NCBI GenBank assembly: GCA_047967505.1
Contig: CM106538.1
From: Dipteris shenzhenensis
Taxonomy: Eukaryota
Direction: 5' to 3' (one strand)
Length of the DNA: 64,000 nucleotides
Position numbers and translations under genes: made by a program
Notes under the pieces: generated by a model
What the model saw: the letters and a program-made list of their open reading frames with translations, nothing else
Database searches by the model: none
What the model was told of the DNA's origin: nothing
Part shown: in pieces, positions 63,159-64,000 of the stretch
Layout: the number at the start of each line of letters is the position of its first letter
Numbering within the stretch: the first letter of the stretch is position 1

Positions 63159-64000
63159 CTTCCTTGACACCTTTTGCTACTAGCTGACATCTTTTGGATT
63201 TGTCTCTGATAATACATTCATCACCATCGAAGATGACTTTGTAGTTGTGTTTCGTCATTTGACCTACTGACAAAAGGTTCTTGCTGAGCTTTGGAACATA
63301 GAGCACATCTTTGACTAATCCTTTTGTACCAGTGAAATTGTTCATAGGGATAACACCTGTCCCTTGAACCGGATTCAGTGTATTGTCTACTGTGTAGATG
63401 ACATTCTTTTGACCTTCTAATGGCTTCATTTCTGTGAACCATTCCTCATGATTTGTCATATGAGATGATGCACCGATGTCGATGTACCAAGGATCATGTT
63501 CCACTTGGTCGACTTGATAGCTGAAATCCTCTTTGGGATTGAAATCAATGTCTAGGTGCATTGTCTAGGTGCATTGTATTAGTCTGATGCAATTCCTCAC
63601 TTACAAGAAACATATTTCCATGTTCATTTGCAAAATGATTGTGACTAGAATGTCCACCACGATAATTTTCTCTTCCTCGGGAATTCCCTCGATTACTGCT
63701 GGATTGACTGGTCGTACTGCTTCTTGTGGCAATCTCTTTCATAGTGTCCAAACTTGTGATAGTAGTTGCACTGAATGTTTGACACATTGGTGGATGCATT
63801 CCCTCGTCCTTGAAATCTTCCTTGGTTGGAATGATTTCCTCTTTGTTGCTGATTCTGATGTTGCTGAGGATGTTGCTGATGCTGATGCTAATTCTGACTT
63901 TGATTTTGTTGATGATGACCACTTTTCTAATATGATCTACCTCTGTTTCTGCCTTTGCCTCTGCTTCTGTCTGAAGCTGTGAATGCCTGATCATTAGAAT
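63159..64000 (-). mobile_element. Copy C (minus strand): gag C-terminus and protease, continuing beyond the window
   Basis: Resumes exactly where 55802 stops (KGVKE|GRL). WYIDIGASSHM protease; 13-bp tandem duplication TGTCTAGGTGCAT at ~63548-63574. Confidence 0.93.

Overview
Plant nuclear DNA, densely packed with transposable elements. A large-genome, possibly non-seed plant such as a fern is my inference from the TE mix; the sequence does not prove it. Two host genes are recognisable: a minus-strand PAM16 (mitochondrial import motor J-like subunit; exons 8445-8447, 8281-8368, 8012-8145; last exon not found in the window) and an intact three-exon F-box/PP2 gene (38599-39992). The rest is mostly TEs. 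Two full-length copies of one young Ty1/copia family (41400-48895, 55803-63158) have perfect TSDs and near-identical LTRs; the second is nested in a rearranged third copy. There are two gag-only LTR elements (3689-7793; 12543-15831, the latter with apparently identical LTRs and an intact gag), three older copia remnants, gypsy and LINE RT scraps, two decayed hAT transposases, and a decayed Sola-like DDD transposase flanked by palindromic repeat clusters. Most interesting: (1) the two near-identical copia copies carry essentially unalignable ~1.4 kb leader cassettes between the PBS and a copy-number-variable GCCACGTCA array, and the gag-only element has a third version; (2) a decayed RING-H2 ORF lies tail-to-tail with a hAT transposase; (3) the nonsense mutations in the copia family are CAG>TAG; (4) a microhomology-type inversion junction; (5) two possible ATG|GT first exons for PAM16. 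All alignments were done by eye and no database searches were run.
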